DNA from: Octopus vulgaris
Taxonomy: Eukaryota
Direction: 5' to 3'
DNA: 64,000 bases
NCBI GenBank assembly: GCA_951406725.2
Contig: OX597830.1
Location: 59,520,001 to 59,584,000, forward strand
The position numbers and the translations under genes were made by a program. The number at the start of each line of letters is the position of its first letter. The stretch's first letter is position 1. Shown here piece by piece: positions 63,900-64,000 of the stretch. The notes beneath the pieces are model-generated. The model was not told where the DNA came from and searched no databases. It worked only from the letters and a program-made list of their open reading frames with translations.

Positions 63900-64000
63900 T
63901 GGAGAAGTTCTTGAGCAGATAAGGCCGGAAATGTCGCTAGAAGCTGGGATCACCAAGCGTAGATTGGCATATTTCGGTCATATTATGCGGAGAGAATCCC
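63900..64000 (+). mobile_element. RTE (BovB-like) LINE fragment running off the window
   Basis: EVLEQIRPEMSLEAGITKRRLAYFGHIMRRES, near-identical to 10795-10862. Confidence 0.85.

Overview
AT-rich, repeat-dense animal genomic DNA. The SINE, microsatellite and RTE landscape looks like octopus/cephalopod DNA; this is an inference, no search was run. Positions ~5.5-51 kb hold the 5' part of a minus-strand, multi-exon axonemal dynein heavy-chain-like gene. Eleven GT-AG exons (40927 down to 5474) splice in phase into ~573 aa matching the DHC N-terminus and DHC_N1 tail domain, and the gene probably continues beyond position 1. There are two candidate first exons, one beside a canonical RFX X-box. 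Introns and the upstream region are filled with tRNA-derived SINEs, mariner/maT/pogo/hAT/piggyBac/MULE remnants, Penelope remnants with hammerhead-like motifs, RTE/CR1/R4/CRE fragments and a Ty3/Gypsy remnant. One full-length, GC-rich CR1-type LINE (58659-63089, TTTGT TSD) sits inside a SINE. Highlights: this LINE's ORF2 has no AUG and overlaps ORF1 in the -1 frame with two canonical slippery heptamers; a fold-back mariner carries two perfect X-boxes just upstream of the ciliary gene; and a Penelope palindrome carries hammerheads on opposite strands. Most short ORFs in the supplied track are repeat or microsatellite artefacts.
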